Both the position numbers and the translations under genes were made by a program. Below, piece after piece: positions 47,437-61,244 of a stretch of DNA of 64,000 nt. The notes beneath the pieces are model-generated. The model saw only the letters and a program-made list of their open reading frames with translations, was not told the DNA's origin and made no database searches. Source of the DNA: Chiloscyllium plagiosum (taxonomy: Eukaryota); the NCBI RefSeq assembly GCF_004010195.1, contig NC_057728.1, positions 41,830,844-41,894,843 of the forward strand, given 5' to 3'. Within the stretch, counting starts at the first letter, position 1. Every line of letters starts with the position of its first letter.

Positions 47437-47630
47437 AGTCAGAAGTCACATGACAGCAGGTTATAGTCCAACAGGTTTATTTAAAATCATAAGCTTTCAG
47501 AGTACTGCTCCACTTGACAAAGGAGCAGCTCTCTGAAAGCTTGTGATTTTAAATTAACCTGTTAGACTATAACGGTGTCATGTGACTTCTAACTTTGTCC
47601 ACCCCAGTCCAACACTGGCACCTCCACATC
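47437..47630. mobile_element. Short palindromic Penelope-derived element
   Basis: AGAAGTCACATGACA..TTATAGTC..AAGCTTTCAGAG mirrored at about 47530-47591, followed by tail CACCCCAGTCCAACAC..CTCCACATC. Confidence 0.8.
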
Positions 47631-47989
47631 ACTGAATGAATGAATAAATAAATGACTTATTGTCATGTGTATTTTGCAGTGAATAATACAGTAAAATACA
47701 GTGAAAAGCTTCAATTTGCTGGTTAGGCTCTTTTGGCATCTTGCTGAAGTGACCATTGTCCAATTGCATAAACAACAAGTGAGAGCAGGGAATTCAATCA
47801 TGATGGCTATACCTGATACTTTCCTCATGTCTGAGAGCTAAACATATATAGACTTTCCAACATTAATCAGTGAGTAGCAAACAGGTGAGAACCCTGGCTG
47901 ATCTTTTACTATCTGAGCCACCTGAGGGTACCAAAGCCAACACTGGGGAGGGTTATGGGGGGTGGAGGGGGAGGATACATCCCAGCTAG

Positions 47990-48860
47990 AGATTCAGATC
48001 ATCGTTTCTTCACTCTCACTGGAACCAAAATCCTACAGCTCCCTCTCTGGTTACACTGTGGTTGTACCATCATCATACGGACTGCAGTGGTTCAAAAGGA
48101 CACCACCTTCTTAACAACAATCAGATTTGGGCAATTAAAGCAAACTTTGCCAATGATTCCCACTTGTCATGAATCATTGAAAAAAGATCAGATTACTCAG
48201 CACAAATCTGAGAATTGAAGTTGAGATTTGTTAGTCTTTGCAGCCAAGAACTGTATCAGGTAATGAGGTTTCCAACGAGGCAAATGAAGGAGGAGTTTGC
48301 AGTTGATATAAGAAGTGATCTGTTTACTTCCCAGTGCTGAGAAGAGTGTATTATGTTTATTGTCACTTTGCCAGACTGTAGGATTGCTGAGAGATCCTGC
48401 GCACTTCTGGCTGGGCCAGGATTCATTGCCCATCCCTAGCTGTCCTTGAGAAGGTGGTGGTGAGCCGCATTTTTGAACTGCTGCAGTCCATTCACAATAG
48501 ATACCCACACAATGCCATTAGGAGGGGTTTCCAGAATTTTGACCCAGCAACACTGAAGTAACAGCAATATATTTCCAAGTCAAAATGATGAGTGGCTTGG
48601 AGGGGAACTTGCAGGTGGTGTACAGGACATACCTGGGCAATTTTCCACATTGGTGGCTAGATGCAAATGTTGTAGCTATAGTGAAAAACCTAGCTTTGCG
48701 CACAGCACATTCTGGAGCACGTATTCAGTACTTCTGCTGAACATTGTCAAGGTGCACAGCCTTTGCAGTATCCAGTGCCTTCAACTATTTTTTGATATCA
48801 TGTGGAGCAAATCAAATTGGCTGAAGACTGGCATTTGTGATGCTGGGGACTCCCAGAGGA
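47990..48860. mobile_element. Fragments of the CR1-group LINE (plus-strand 3' tail 47990-48190; minus-strand deleted copy 48400-48860)
   Basis: Match to the 3' and RT segments of 61245-62760. Confidence 0.7.
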
Positions 48861-49298
48861 AGTATGGTAAATTAAAATCCACAAAGTGTTACAATTTGCA
48901 TGGGAATATTGAAATTGACTCCTACTCCTCAAAACTATTTACAATGTATGTTCAATTTTAATTGAAACCATTCAGTTAAACTAAGCACCAACCAATTCTG
49001 TTTCCTCAGTCATCCTTCTATAGTACCCAATCCTGAATAACATTTGTTAGATGAAAAATTTGAAGAGTTTTCACCTTTTCTGTCTCAGATGCATTCTTGG
49101 ATTCTTTTGGCAGCACCAGATCATCAACAAATAAGTCCTAGAGCACGCTAATTCCATCAGCATACACCCATTATTAATCCATGATCACAACTGCTAATTT
49201 CCAATAATTTAACCACATCCATCTTATACTGACAGACCTTGCACATGGTAAACTGGCCACAGAGTCACAACCAGCTCAATGTCCCTTTCTTCACAACA

Positions 49299-49405
49299 TT
49301 CCTGATGCAGGGCTTATGCCCGAAATGTTGATACTCTTGCTCCTCGGATGCTTTTCCAGCGCTACACTTTTTGGCTCCATCATCTGCAGTCCTCACTTTC
49401 TCCTT
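49299..49405 (+). mobile_element. Penelope-derived fragment with decayed hammerhead
   Basis: CTGATGCAGGGCTTATGCCCGAAATGTT..CATCTGCAGTCCTCACTTTCTCC. Confidence 0.75.
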
Positions 49406-49886
49406 TACGACAAGGTCTCTTAAAAGAGAGGTATGACACTGACAGACACATGGGAGTCAGTGACCAACAGTTGGGACCTCTGAAGTCTGACTGTTTAGTG
49501 GGGCATTGGAAGAGGTGAAACAGAAAGTTGAGATACCAGAGAAGTGGTTACAGAGGAAGTACTTTTCAACTCTTTGTCTTCAGCAATACCATTCCAGAGT
49601 GGAGGTCCTGAGCCAAATCATGCAATGTTTATCACAGTGTTGAATACCAAGGTGCAAACCACTGTCTCACAAGATGGAAGATTGCCAGTTTGTTCATTTT
49701 CACTTGGCAAGTTGAAACATATACTTCCAACTATATTTCTTTTCATCGTGACATAATTATAGCCATTTTCAATAATAGTACTCATTGTTGAATATTGAAA
49801 TTCTCATTTTCACACAATATAGAACGTGCTCTGTATTGTTTCCATCCTCCTCAGATTTCAGAATACTGTTTTTTTAACATGGATAC

Positions 49887-52800
49887 TTTTTTTAATAGAT
49901 ATTTTTATTGAAAACTTAACGTATGTTTACAAGTTTACAAATAAAAAAAACCCAAGTATAAACATTGATATACAATTAAATCTTAAATAAATAATAACCA
50001 AAATCTATCAAACAGAAGAAAAGAGATACCAAGAGAAAAAAACCAAAACTCAACTAACTACTAATCTAACCTACAACTAACCAGAGTGTATAATTAAGTC
50101 TCTTACATTATTCAGGGGAAAAAAAATGACAGATAACACAGAAATTGGGTAGTGAGATACATGCTTGGAATGTGCTGACATCGAGTCATAACAAAACCCG
50201 TATTCATGCGGGATTTCTCTCCCAAGGGGCCCCGGACCAGCCAGGTTCGCCATCTCAATTAAATAAAAGCCCTTGTTAGGATGGCCAAAATATCTGTATT
50301 TGTGTAATTCAAGAAGGGCTGCCATATTTTATGGAATAATTCGGTCTTTTGGTGCACCATATTTGTAAGGAGGTCAAGGGGAATACATTCCATGATTATT
50401 CTGTGCCAACTTGAAAGTCCAGGGGGTCCCTCAGCCACCCAGTTTATCAAAATATTTTTCCTTGCACAGAAAGAGAGAATAGAAATTAATTTCTTCCCGT
50501 GCATATCCAGGGAGGGGAAGTTTGAAAAGCCCAAAAGGAGAGATACTGGATCCACTCCTAAGATTTCTGTCAGAGCACTTGCTACTTTAGTCCAATATTT
50601 ACAGATCTTATGACAGGTCCATAAGCAATGTACAAGAGTGCCCACCTCTATTTTACATTTGGGACACATTGGAGATGCTCCTGCCTTAAATTTTGCCAAT
50701 CAATCCGGTGCTATATGGGCCCTATGAAGTATCTTCAACTGAATGGCCTGAGTTCTGTTGCCGATGGAGATTTTTCTGGCATTTCCCCAAATGTCATTCC
50801 ACATTTCTATGGAGATTTCCAGTCCCAAATCCTGATCCCATGTTTTAAGCAGATTGTCCATATCTCCCGATACTTCATCATGTAATAAATGATAAATAGT
50901 GCTGATTGAAGATACCCCCATTGGCCATAGCACTCTACGTTCTCTATCTGATTTATAAAGACTATCTAATAGCGTAGTCTTCTTCTGTATGTAATCTCGA
51001 ATTTGGAAGTATCGAAAGAGATCACCATTAGGTAATCCAAATTTTTGATGCAGCTGTTCAAAAGACATCAGGACCCCTTCTTTAAACAGATCCCCTAAAC
51101 ATGAGATATCCCTGGATCTTCAGAGTTTGAAAGTGGCATCTGTAAGCCCCAGTTGAAATTCTCATGCTCCCCCCACTATCGGAGCATGGGGGATGTTTTA
51201 TGTGAGTTGCCCTCATTTTGCCGCATTATATTCCAAGCTTTAATTGTGTTTAGTATTATAGGGTTTTTACATTGATCCACAATGATTTTTCTCTTGTCTG
51301 AAAACAAGAGGTTAATAAGTGGGTATTTTACTTGAGAAGCCTCGATGTCCAGCCAGATTGATTACGGGTCAGACAAGACCCAATCGGCTATGTAGCTTAA
51401 TAGGGAACTTAACTGATATTTCCTAAAATCTGGGAAGTCCAATCCTCCCCATGCCTGTGGAAGCTGTAGCTTCTTCAGCTTAATGAGGGACCATCAATGA
51501 TTCCAGATAAAGGAACCCAGCCAGCCATACAATTTACATAGTGCCAGCCTCGGCAGCATCACCGGAAGCATTCTCATAGGGTATAGGAGACGGGGCAGGA
51601 CATTCATTTTAATTAGTGCTATTCTACTAACCAGGAAATTGGAAGGTCTCCCTATCGCAGGAGGTCCTGCCTTATCCTTTCCAGTAAATGCTCAAAGTTA
51701 GCCTTGTATAACTAATTAAATACTGGGGTGATAAAAATGCCTAAATATAAGAAACCCTCCAGGGACCACCGAAAGGGAAAGTTGGATCTGTCCAATAAGT
51801 GGGATATACTAGCAAGGCCACCTATTGGCATAGCCTCCGACTTTGAGAAATTAATTTTGTAGCCTGAAAATACACTAAATGTATTAATAACTTGGATTAA
51901 GTGAGGCACAGACATCAAAGGATTACTGAGAAATAGAAGAACATCACCTGCATAAAGGGTAATTTTATGTTTACCTATACCAATCCTTGGGGCTGTTATA
52001 TTAGGATCAGCCCGTATTGCTTCTGCTAGTGGCTCAATTATTAGCGTAAATAGCAATGGCGAAAGAGGACATCCCTGACGGCAGCCCCTATCCACACTGA
52101 AGCTATCCGAGCCTAATCCATTGGTGATCACAACTGCTTTGGGATCATTATACAGTGTTGAGACCAATTTAGTAAACACCTTTCCAACGCCAAACCTTTC
52201 CAATGTGTAAAACAGATATGACCATTCAACCCTGTTGAATGCCTTTTCCGCGTCAAATGAGACTACTACTCCTGGTATCTTTCCCTGATGGCAGGCTTGA
52301 ATCACATTCAAACCCTTCTGACATTATTGGATGATCTACGGCCCTTAATAAACCCCGTCGGATCCTCCTTTATGATGTGTGGCAATACCCTTTTTAGCCT
52401 CAATGCTAATGTTTTAGAAAGGATTTTAAAATCTACATTTAGCAAGGCTATTGGTCTGTATGATGTGCAATCTTCTGGGTCCTTTCCTTTTTTGAGAATA
52501 AGAGAGATGTTCACCTCTTTCAGCGAAGGCGGGAGACAGCCCTGACTGTATGAATAGTTATACATGTCCATAAGTGGACCAGCCAATATTCCTGTAAATT
52601 CTTTGTAGAATTCAGCTTGAAAGCCACCTGGGCCAGGTGCTTTACTGTTCAGAAGTTGCCTGATTGCGTAAAGTATTTTTTGGCTTGTTAAGGGAACATT
52701 CAGGTCCGGAAAGGTCATGTCTTTAAAAAATGATTGCATTGTCCTAGTTCTGTCTTTGCAATCCTGCGATTTATATAAATCAGAATAAAATTTTCGAAAG

Positions 52801-55640
52801 ATTGCTTTAATCCTTTTATGATCATGAGTCAGAATACCCGTACTTTCTTGATAGACGTGATAGTTTGAGGGGCCTTTTTTTCTTTGCGAGAAATGCTGTA
52901 TCTACCAGGTTTATCGCCAAAGTCATATAAGCTTTGTTTTGCAAATAATATTTCCCTCTTAGCCGATTGGGTAAGCGTGGTGTTTAGAGCTGTCCTAAGG
53001 GCAGTGTTCCCTTGTAATTTGATAATAGAAGGTCTGTCAGCGTATGCTGTTTCAGCCCCTTTTAAGCGAGCTTCGAGCAGACGCCGTTGTTCTCCCTTTA
53101 ATTTTTTCTGGGTCGCTGAGCATGAAATGAACAAACCTTGTGCGTAAGCTTTGATGGTCTCCCACATCATTGATGGGTTGCTATCCATATCTGAATCAAT
53201 TTCTAAAAAAGTTTTAAATTCTTGAGAGAAGTACTTTACAAATTTACTATCCTTCATCAGCAAGGGATCCATACGCCAATGCCGGGGGGATGTCTTATTG
53301 TTCCTCACCTTGATTTCCATATATACAACAACGTGATCAGAAATTGCTATACTGCCTATTTTACAGGATGATATGGAATGTAAAAAAATCAAGGGGCCAA
53401 AAACATATCGATTCTGGTATGACATTTGTGTGGATTGGAGTAAAAAGAAAAATCTCTGCCCTGTGGATGGAGGCATCTCCATACATCTACTAATCCTAAT
53501 TCTTTGTTCAAATCCACCAATTGTCTAGATCTGGGAGATACTCCTGCAGTACTCTTGGGAATTCTATCTATTTCCGGATCCATAATACAATTAAAATCTC
53601 CCCCTATAATTGTATGACGAGCACCGAGAGCCGTCAATTTTGAGAAGGCTTCCATGATAAATTTAAAAGGATGTGCCGTGGGACAATACAGATTTAAGAT
53701 CCCATATTCCTCTCTACTTATAAGCGCTTTAATCAGAATATATCGTCCAGATTCGTCTTTTATCTGATTTAGGATTTTGAAAGGGAAATTCTTCCGAATA
53801 AGGTTAACAACTCCCCTACTTTTGGAGCTGAAGGAAGAAAAGAAGGCCTGATCAAATCCACCCTGTCATAATTTCAATAAGTGTGTCTCCTGTAGGAGAG
53901 CTATATCAACCCTTTCTTTCTTGAGGTTTGATCATATTTTCTCCCTTTTGACTGGTGAATTACTCCCCTTGACATTCCAGGTGCACCATTTAAACGACTG
54001 ATTAACCATAATCGTCCGGGCAGATCCAAGACCCCTCGGGAGAAGAAACCCTATCCAAACATCCCGAGCATAGAGCATATAAAATTCACAAAAATAAAGG
54101 CTCTCTAAAACACTCACACCAATATAATAAAAAACTATTTCTAAATAAAAAAAATATAAAATGTATTTAAATGGAGATTTTCCCTCTTGTTCCCAGGGGG
54201 CATCACTTCCTTTCCAAAAGCCATCATATATTCTCCCAACCCTTGAGCCAATATGATGAAGAAAATTCAAATACACTACAGAGCTAGAGTTAACAGTGAA
54301 CACCCTACCCCTTCCCACCTCCCCCCCCCCCCCCCCCCCAACATCAACACCTGGATATATTTGGTAATGTTAATACATATATAACTATAAAATTACAGTC
54401 TCAACAAGTAATAATTAAATATAGTAAAACAAAATAACAGGGGAAAACAACCCCGCTCCTAAAGACAGAGATAAAATAGGATAAGGTAACCACCTCCCCC
54501 GAACTACATTAACTAGAACCCCCAGCCTATATATAAATTTAAAAAATGAGGGTGGGGGGGAGAAAATTGCTAAGTAGAGAACCCCCCGAAGATAATATTA
54601 AACAGTAAGGTAATGAAAGGGATTAATATAAAAAAAAGCGGGGTGTAAACCATAATTGTATTATGGATCCGGAAATAGATAGGATTCCCAAGAGTACTGC
54701 AGGAGTATCTCCCAGATCTAGACAATTGGTGGATTTGAACAAAGAATTAGGACTAGTAGATGTATGGAGATGCCTCCATCCACAGGGCAGAGATTTTTCT
54801 TTTTACTCCAATCCACATAAATGTCATACCAGAATCGATATGTTTTTTGCCCCCTCGATTTTTTTAAAATTCCATATCAAAAGCGGGGTGGGGGAGAGCA
54901 AAACAACATCAATTAACTCTTACAATTTATCTAAGAGAGTCCAAAGATTCCTTGGCCTTCTCTGGCGATCCAAAGTTGTACACGGACCCTTCATGGTTAA
55001 AGCGTAGCGTTGCTGGGTAGCGCAAGGAGTACTGAACATTTAAGTCCTTTAAACACTTATTCACTTCGTCAAACGCCTTCCTCTTTTGGACCAGAGCTGG
55101 GGAAAAGTCCTGGAATAACATAATCTTGGATCCTTTATAAATCATGGCTTGGGGATCTTACCCAAGATTTCTGGAAGCTCCTAAGAGTATCTGCTTCTCC
55201 TTATAACTCTGCAGCCGGAACAGGACTGGGCGGGGGCGCTGGTTCGAGCTAGGCCCACGTATTGCAACCCGGTAGGCCCATTCCACCCTTACCTGGCCTG
55301 ATCCAGCCTCCAGATTTAAAAGCTGTGGAAGGCACTGCTCGAGAAATGCTTTAGGTTTGCCTTCCTCTTCCCGTTCGGGAAGGCCCAGCAAATGAGGTCA
55401 TCGATGTGGTTCTCTAAGGTCCGGACTCGATCCACGGCCGATTCTGCTATAGTCTCGGAGGTCGCGGCCTTTAGCTCCACCCCTCCGACTCGGCGTTCAA
55501 TTTCCTTGATGTCTCAGTCGTGCTTTAGTAGCGCGGCTGAGAGTGAATTCCATCGGCTCCCGGACTCTTCGATGAAGGCGTCGATCTTCGCGTCAAGTTT
55601 GGAGATTATTTCCACGAGGCTCGCCACCGTAGGTAAACAG
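49887..55640 (-). mobile_element. Near full-length L1-clade LINE, 5'-truncated in ORF1 and frameshifted
   Basis: ORF1 remnants at about 55640-54927 (LFQDFSPALVQKRKAF..YSLRYPATLR); ORF2 from ATG at 54009 (WCTWNVKG, IIGGDFNC, RIDMF, ISDH, YRPIALLNVDFKIL, FDAEKAF, GCRQGCPLSPLLF, LYAGD, CPKC..HCLWTC) to 50259; AATAAA at 49904-49909 and short A tail. Confidence 0.95.
54646..54878 (+). repeat. Antisense copy of the L1 endonuclease segment inside the L1 inter-ORF spacer
   Basis: 54653-54878 is the reverse complement of 53370-53593; 12-bp TSD AAAAGCGGGGTG at 54634-54645 and 54879-54890. Confidence 0.93.
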
Positions 55641-57388
55641 TAAACAGGTTAGGAAAGGAACACTGACTTTCGTGGGGGAGAGAGTATTTTAAATCTTAAT
55701 CTGCTGAATAAACTCCATACGGTTGTCATCACAAAAGCCGAATGCTTGAAGGGTTAAACCACATAATTGAGTTTAAAATTCATTTTATTTCAATTAATTA
55801 TAAAATGCAGTCAAAGTCTTAATAATGAATTCAATTTGATCAAAACGTTATGGCACATTGTTCAGATCTTTTCTTGCGTTGCTGCTTCTGAAACACTTCA
55901 GCAGCAACTGTTCGGCTTTCTTCTGCCTACTAAACATTTGACACTACTTTCTAAGTCATTCATTATCCTTATTAATATTCATAGAACTTTGGTCACTTAA
56001 TCAGAAGCTATGTCATTTTAACACCATAATTTTTCCCTCCATCTGAAAATCCAAAACCTCCTATTACCACAATGTGATATAAATCAGCCAGATGCATATT
56101 CTCCCTTTGAAGTCCTAGTTTAGTAACTGCCAATAATGTTGCTGCTCTCCAGTAATAAAAGTAGTTGAAATAATTGTGGTTCACCAAAATAACCTCTTGA
56201 CATTTTCGCTTCTTGTTTTTAGGACTTATTCCAACTATGTAAACTAACACAATGCAGGGGTGTTGTAGTATTCACTCAGAGCCTGGTCTTTTCGAAAATC
56301 ATCAATCAAATAGCTAATGCAAAATCTATAATTATTTAGCAATTACCTTTGTCACATGTTAAAAAGCACTTGGCATTTGATAAAATCTAAATTATAACCA
56401 CTTACGTGCTCAGTACGGTACATTGAATAGGGAATAATACAAAGTGGAGTGATTTACAAAGCTGCAATTCAAATGGAATCAATCTGTTTACCTTAGATGT
56501 TTAAGAATGTCAGTAGAGGTTCTGGTTTAATTAGACTTACTATATACCTTGTCAGTGATTTGTTTTGTGTATTACAGATAATTTAAGGAACATCTACTTT
56601 TGTTAGTATTGTGTAGGAGTGTTAAAAATATGACTACCTGTTCCATAAAAATCAGTGGGTTATTGTATCATTATTAGTTATAATGGGAATTCAAATGTTA
56701 CAGATATTATTAGTAAATGGATGTCATTTTATTGGGTTAAGATTTGGTACTGTTGGAATAAAGTATCTTTCCCAAGCTTCCTTCAGGTAAAATGCTTCCA
56801 CTCTTTGGGTTTTCCAATCACTCACTCTCAGACTCAATAACATTCAGAGATGTGACTGGATTATACTGGGATCAGATATACATTTCATCAAATATTCAGC
56901 ATTGCCCAACTAGGGCTGCTAACCTTATTGGCTACTGGCAAAGGGTTTTCACAGACACACTTTCACCAGAGGTGACTGCAGGGAATGCACTGTAGCTGGA
57001 ATAGATAATGAGAAGTAACAGGAAGGGACATGCGGAACTGAACCAGCAGGGTATGCCACTAAGAACAGAGATGCAGGAATCCATATCGCTGAGAGTTTTC
57101 AGATTATTACAAAACCCGAACTTAGTTGCTTCTTGGATATGGCGAGCATTCCATTTACAGGTAGGCCTCAGGTATCCCTGCATAATGGCAGTATGATTGA
57201 GAGAGTATCACAGTTTTTTTCTTAAACATTTAAAGGAGCTGGCCTACCTGATCATCAATACGTACCTGTAGAGTTGTGGAGCAGTCAGTAGGAGACACTG
57301 GGACTGACACAAAAACAAACCACTGGACTCAGAATGGCCATAAAGTGTCAGCCACGTGACACGACTGTGAGGTGCAGCTCAGTGTAGG

Positions 57389-58001
57389 TGTGACAATGTT
57401 GCCTCTTTAACAAGATTATGTTGTCCTTGCTTTTTTTCAAGAAGGGTTGTAAAGTCAGTGGTGCTGAAATGGTAACAGATACTCAGAAGAGGGCTTTAGG
57501 TTTTGTACAATGAAAGGGGAATGGCCAGTTCTCCCAGTTCAGTTTTTTTCTAGTTTGGTTTAGTTTTAGCAGGGAGTCAGAAGCCACTAGGAGCAGAGAA
57601 GTATCTGCAGTGAAAAGAGCTTCCATGCTTCAACAGAGATCTTGCCTAACTTTCTCTCTGAAATCTCTCCTAGCTGATTATGTGCTCAGTACATTACATT
57701 GAACAGGGAGTTTGAAAGTACCTTTTGTCAAGGAGTATGCTTATGGGATGTTGCGGGAATTAGAACAGCTTTCTAAGTTGTAATAGAGTCGGTTGGGTTT
57801 TCAAATAAGTTAAGTTATTCTAAATGCTGTTTTCTTTTGTTCGTGTTACAACTTTAGTGTATAAATAAATGCTGTTTTGCTTAAAGCCAAGTGATCTGAC
57901 CAGCTGCATCACTCCTGGAATATCCATTTCACATCTGCCTAAAAGTTAGGGTCTGGGATATCTTTTTAAATATTTTGAGGTGTTTGGCCTGGTCCATAAC
58001 A
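57389..58001 (+). mobile_element. Probable solo LTR
   Basis: TGTGAC..ATAACA termini, internal AATAAA near 57864, about 610 bp; no clean TSD. Confidence 0.55.
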
Positions 58002-59154
58002 GAAGAGGTAGGGCTGAAGAAAAGTTCTGGGAACCATGGGGCTTCAAAGAAGCCAGTCATGGCTCAGCAAAGCTGAGAGTGGGCCTCCAGTTCAAATCTC
58101 CTGTTTACATAATTAGATAGTCATGGTGGACATCTCATCCACTGTGAAGCTGATATATTCGTGTTCTGAAAATAGCACCTAATATTTATAACCATAAAGA
58201 AAACTAAACTATGTTTCCAAGTCTAGAATTGGGATTTTTGCTTTCTTTCATATTTAGAAATGTGAAGTGTTCATATAGCCAACAATATTAATAAAACCTT
58301 GTGGCAGCTAATAATTGTATAAATTTATTTTCTTTCTTAGGAGCAGGCAGTTTTCTTTTTAATTCAATGTAAAACATTATTTATTCAATGCACCAGACAT
58401 AATAGTCACTTTAAGGTTGCAGGAAGCAAGTCTGCAAAATATTTCCTCTGAAACATTCCCTGTCAAACCTCTAAGGTCTACCACAGCATTGCTGCACCAC
58501 GTCAATAAATATGACAGGCTTAATTTTTTCATGGTTTATTCAATGCAGTTCTATTAAATGGTTTCTGAATTCCTATTCTTAATTTTTGCCTATCTTTATT
58601 ACACTGCTGTTGCTAAGTTCAAAGATTTTCTTCGATATTTACGTATACTGCACAAATAGCTGCAAAACATATTGCTCGGTTAATTCATGACTATTTTTTA
58701 TCTCAGCGAACCTTGATGCTTATTGCCAGATGAACTTATACAAAGTAAATTCTATTGTCAAAAACACTAAGCTTTGCAAAAGAAATAGTAGGTAATGGGC
58801 TTTTTCTTAACACAACCATACTTGGCCTTGATTTTGACTGTGCTGTCCAGTGAGAATGAGGTCTGCTGAGGATTAAAATCAGGGCGACATCATATGTGCA
58901 GGATCCATGCAAATGACTGGCACATTCTCACTGATATTTAAATGTCTCCCTTGGCCCAGAACAGGATCAAGGCCTGCTGTTCCAATGCATCATTTAGGAG
59001 AATATTGGAGATCGCTCCCATGGGTCAATCAATTCTCAATTCACCAACGCCATATTGTTTATACGGACCAGAAATATGTTAATAACAAGCAGTCCCTCTC
59101 CCTGCTCCAATTGCTTGCCCAGAGTTATTATGGAACTTCAACTCCTCACATGGG

Positions 59155-59376
59155 GGTTGGTTTAGCTCAGTTGGCTGGACAGCTGGTTTGCGATGTTGCG
59201 TGACGCCAATAGCATAGGTTCAGTTCTCACACGAGCTGAGGTCACCACAAAGAACTCTCCTTCTCAACCTCTCCCCTTGTCTGAGGCATGGTGACCTTCA
59301 GGTTAAATTACCACTATTCATCTTTCTTTCTCTCTAATGGGAGAGCAAGTAAGACTAAGGTGTCTTTAGCTTTACT
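59155..59376 (+). mobile_element. tRNA-derived SINE of another family
   Basis: A box TAGCTCAGTTGG, B-box-like GGTTCAGTTCTC, short T-rich repeat tail. Confidence 0.65.
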
Positions 59377-61244
59377 CCTCATTCATGGCACATCCAATTC
59401 ACCAATACCACATATATATTTATTTCCTTGTTTGTATTTAGATTTCTATTCAGGCATTTTGATTAGTTATTGCAATTACATAGATTACCTCAAGTTTCAA
59501 GAGAGCTTGCCAAGAAAGTCACAGATCTCCTGAGTTTTAATAAAGTTCTCAGAGTTGCTGCCAGAAGTTGTTTCTAAAGCTTTAATTCCACCACAGTTTC
59601 TTTTACTGAAATTTACAGAGACAGGCTTTTCAATGATTTAGAGTTTATATGTATCAACTAGCTACTGAGGTTACAGAGAACATGTCAGATTGATGTTTGA
59701 TTGCTCATTTCTGCTAGGTTAGTTGATCTCAGCCAGGGGGCAGTAAAGGCAATGCAATTGACCTCCATGCACTGGAGCTTATTATGATAAAGAGAAAGGA
59801 AAAAGTAACCAGTTCTAACCATCGACTAACAGAATCTGTGCTGGTGGATGTCCAGATGTAAATAAATTGCAATGCCCACTGTGATGGAACGGGCTCCCAA
59901 AGCTCACTTGCTAGACACACTTGGTGAGTAACCTTTGTACTAAAGATCTGCTCCCAGGAACCAGACCACAAGGCAGAGTTGGTACCTTCAAGATAGGATG
60001 AGAGAAAACTCAAAGGAAAAATTCGTAACATGCTATAGTATTATCCTTTTTAGAAAGTGTTGGAACAGATCCAATCTTGGGAAGCAGGTTTAAAGCTGCA
60101 CATTTAAAGCTGAAGAAACCTGGCAGGTGGGATTTTGCAATTGCCCAGAGAACTTACTGCACTAGAGCTGACGGACTGGGATTTTAATCTGTTCAACTCA
60201 GCAGGTGACAAGGACACCCAGGCAGAGCCAACAGAGTTCTTTCAAATTCAAGTGTATTAGCTTTTGATGGCATCATTAAAATTGGAGCCAACAATAAATT
60301 TTACAAGAGGTTATGGTCCCTCCCAAGTGCTGTTCCATTCCCTGAGGGAAACTGCATGACCTACTTCTTTTCTATTATTTGAACCTTTTTCAACTTCAAA
60401 TCAAGATAAATGCAACTCTTTTACTTTCTTGATTCACCAAGTCATAAGATAATCATGTTTACACTTAGCCAATGCAAATGTCCCATTAAATGGGATTAAG
60501 AAGGTAGCTAGCTATATCAAAGGTCCGTAAGCATCTTTCTTCATGAGGTAAAGACAAGGTAGATAACATTACTGTTCACACAAACACTTTCTATCACTCA
60601 GCAGAGCAGATTGATCATCTGACGATGACTGCAAATTAACATTCCTTTCTTTCCACATGTCTCTGATATTAAGGCGATACCACTAGGTTCTTGTTTTATT
60701 TTTCTGAACACTTTACATGCCTGAATAGTGCAGTCACTCTTTTTAGCACAGTTTACACATGTTTCTGAGAATATCATGATTCTCTAACATTACAACTGTA
60801 TCCAATTCTAGTATCTTATTCCTAATGTTTGCAGAAATCATGTGTATACATTTAACACAAACTTACTTCCCTTCAAGTCTCTCAGTATCTGCTTATTCCT
60901 GATACATCCCCTCATAATGGATATTTTCTCCTCCATTATCCATTTCATTTGAATCTGCTTTCCATCTTGCCCTCTAATGAAATTTTCTAATTTTAATGAT
61001 CCCTTACAACTGCCTGAATATTCTTTATTCTTCATTCTGATTCAGTTGAATGCAGGCTGTCTGCTGTAACAGTCTTTTGTGAGACTAAAATAGTTTGCTT
61101 ATGCACCACATTGCCAGATACCAATAACATCCTCTTCACGATTCCATTTTTATGCAAACACCAGGATTATCCAGGGCAACATTATTTTTATTTCCCGATT
61201 TCCACATTTTGAAGCAATTCTTGTATATGGACTTTTTAAGGTTT

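Noticed and set aside
57240..57390. Possible Harbinger Myb/SANT remnant interrupted by the solo LTR
   Set aside because: Only a weak W..A..VS..R..QCR pattern; too degraded to call
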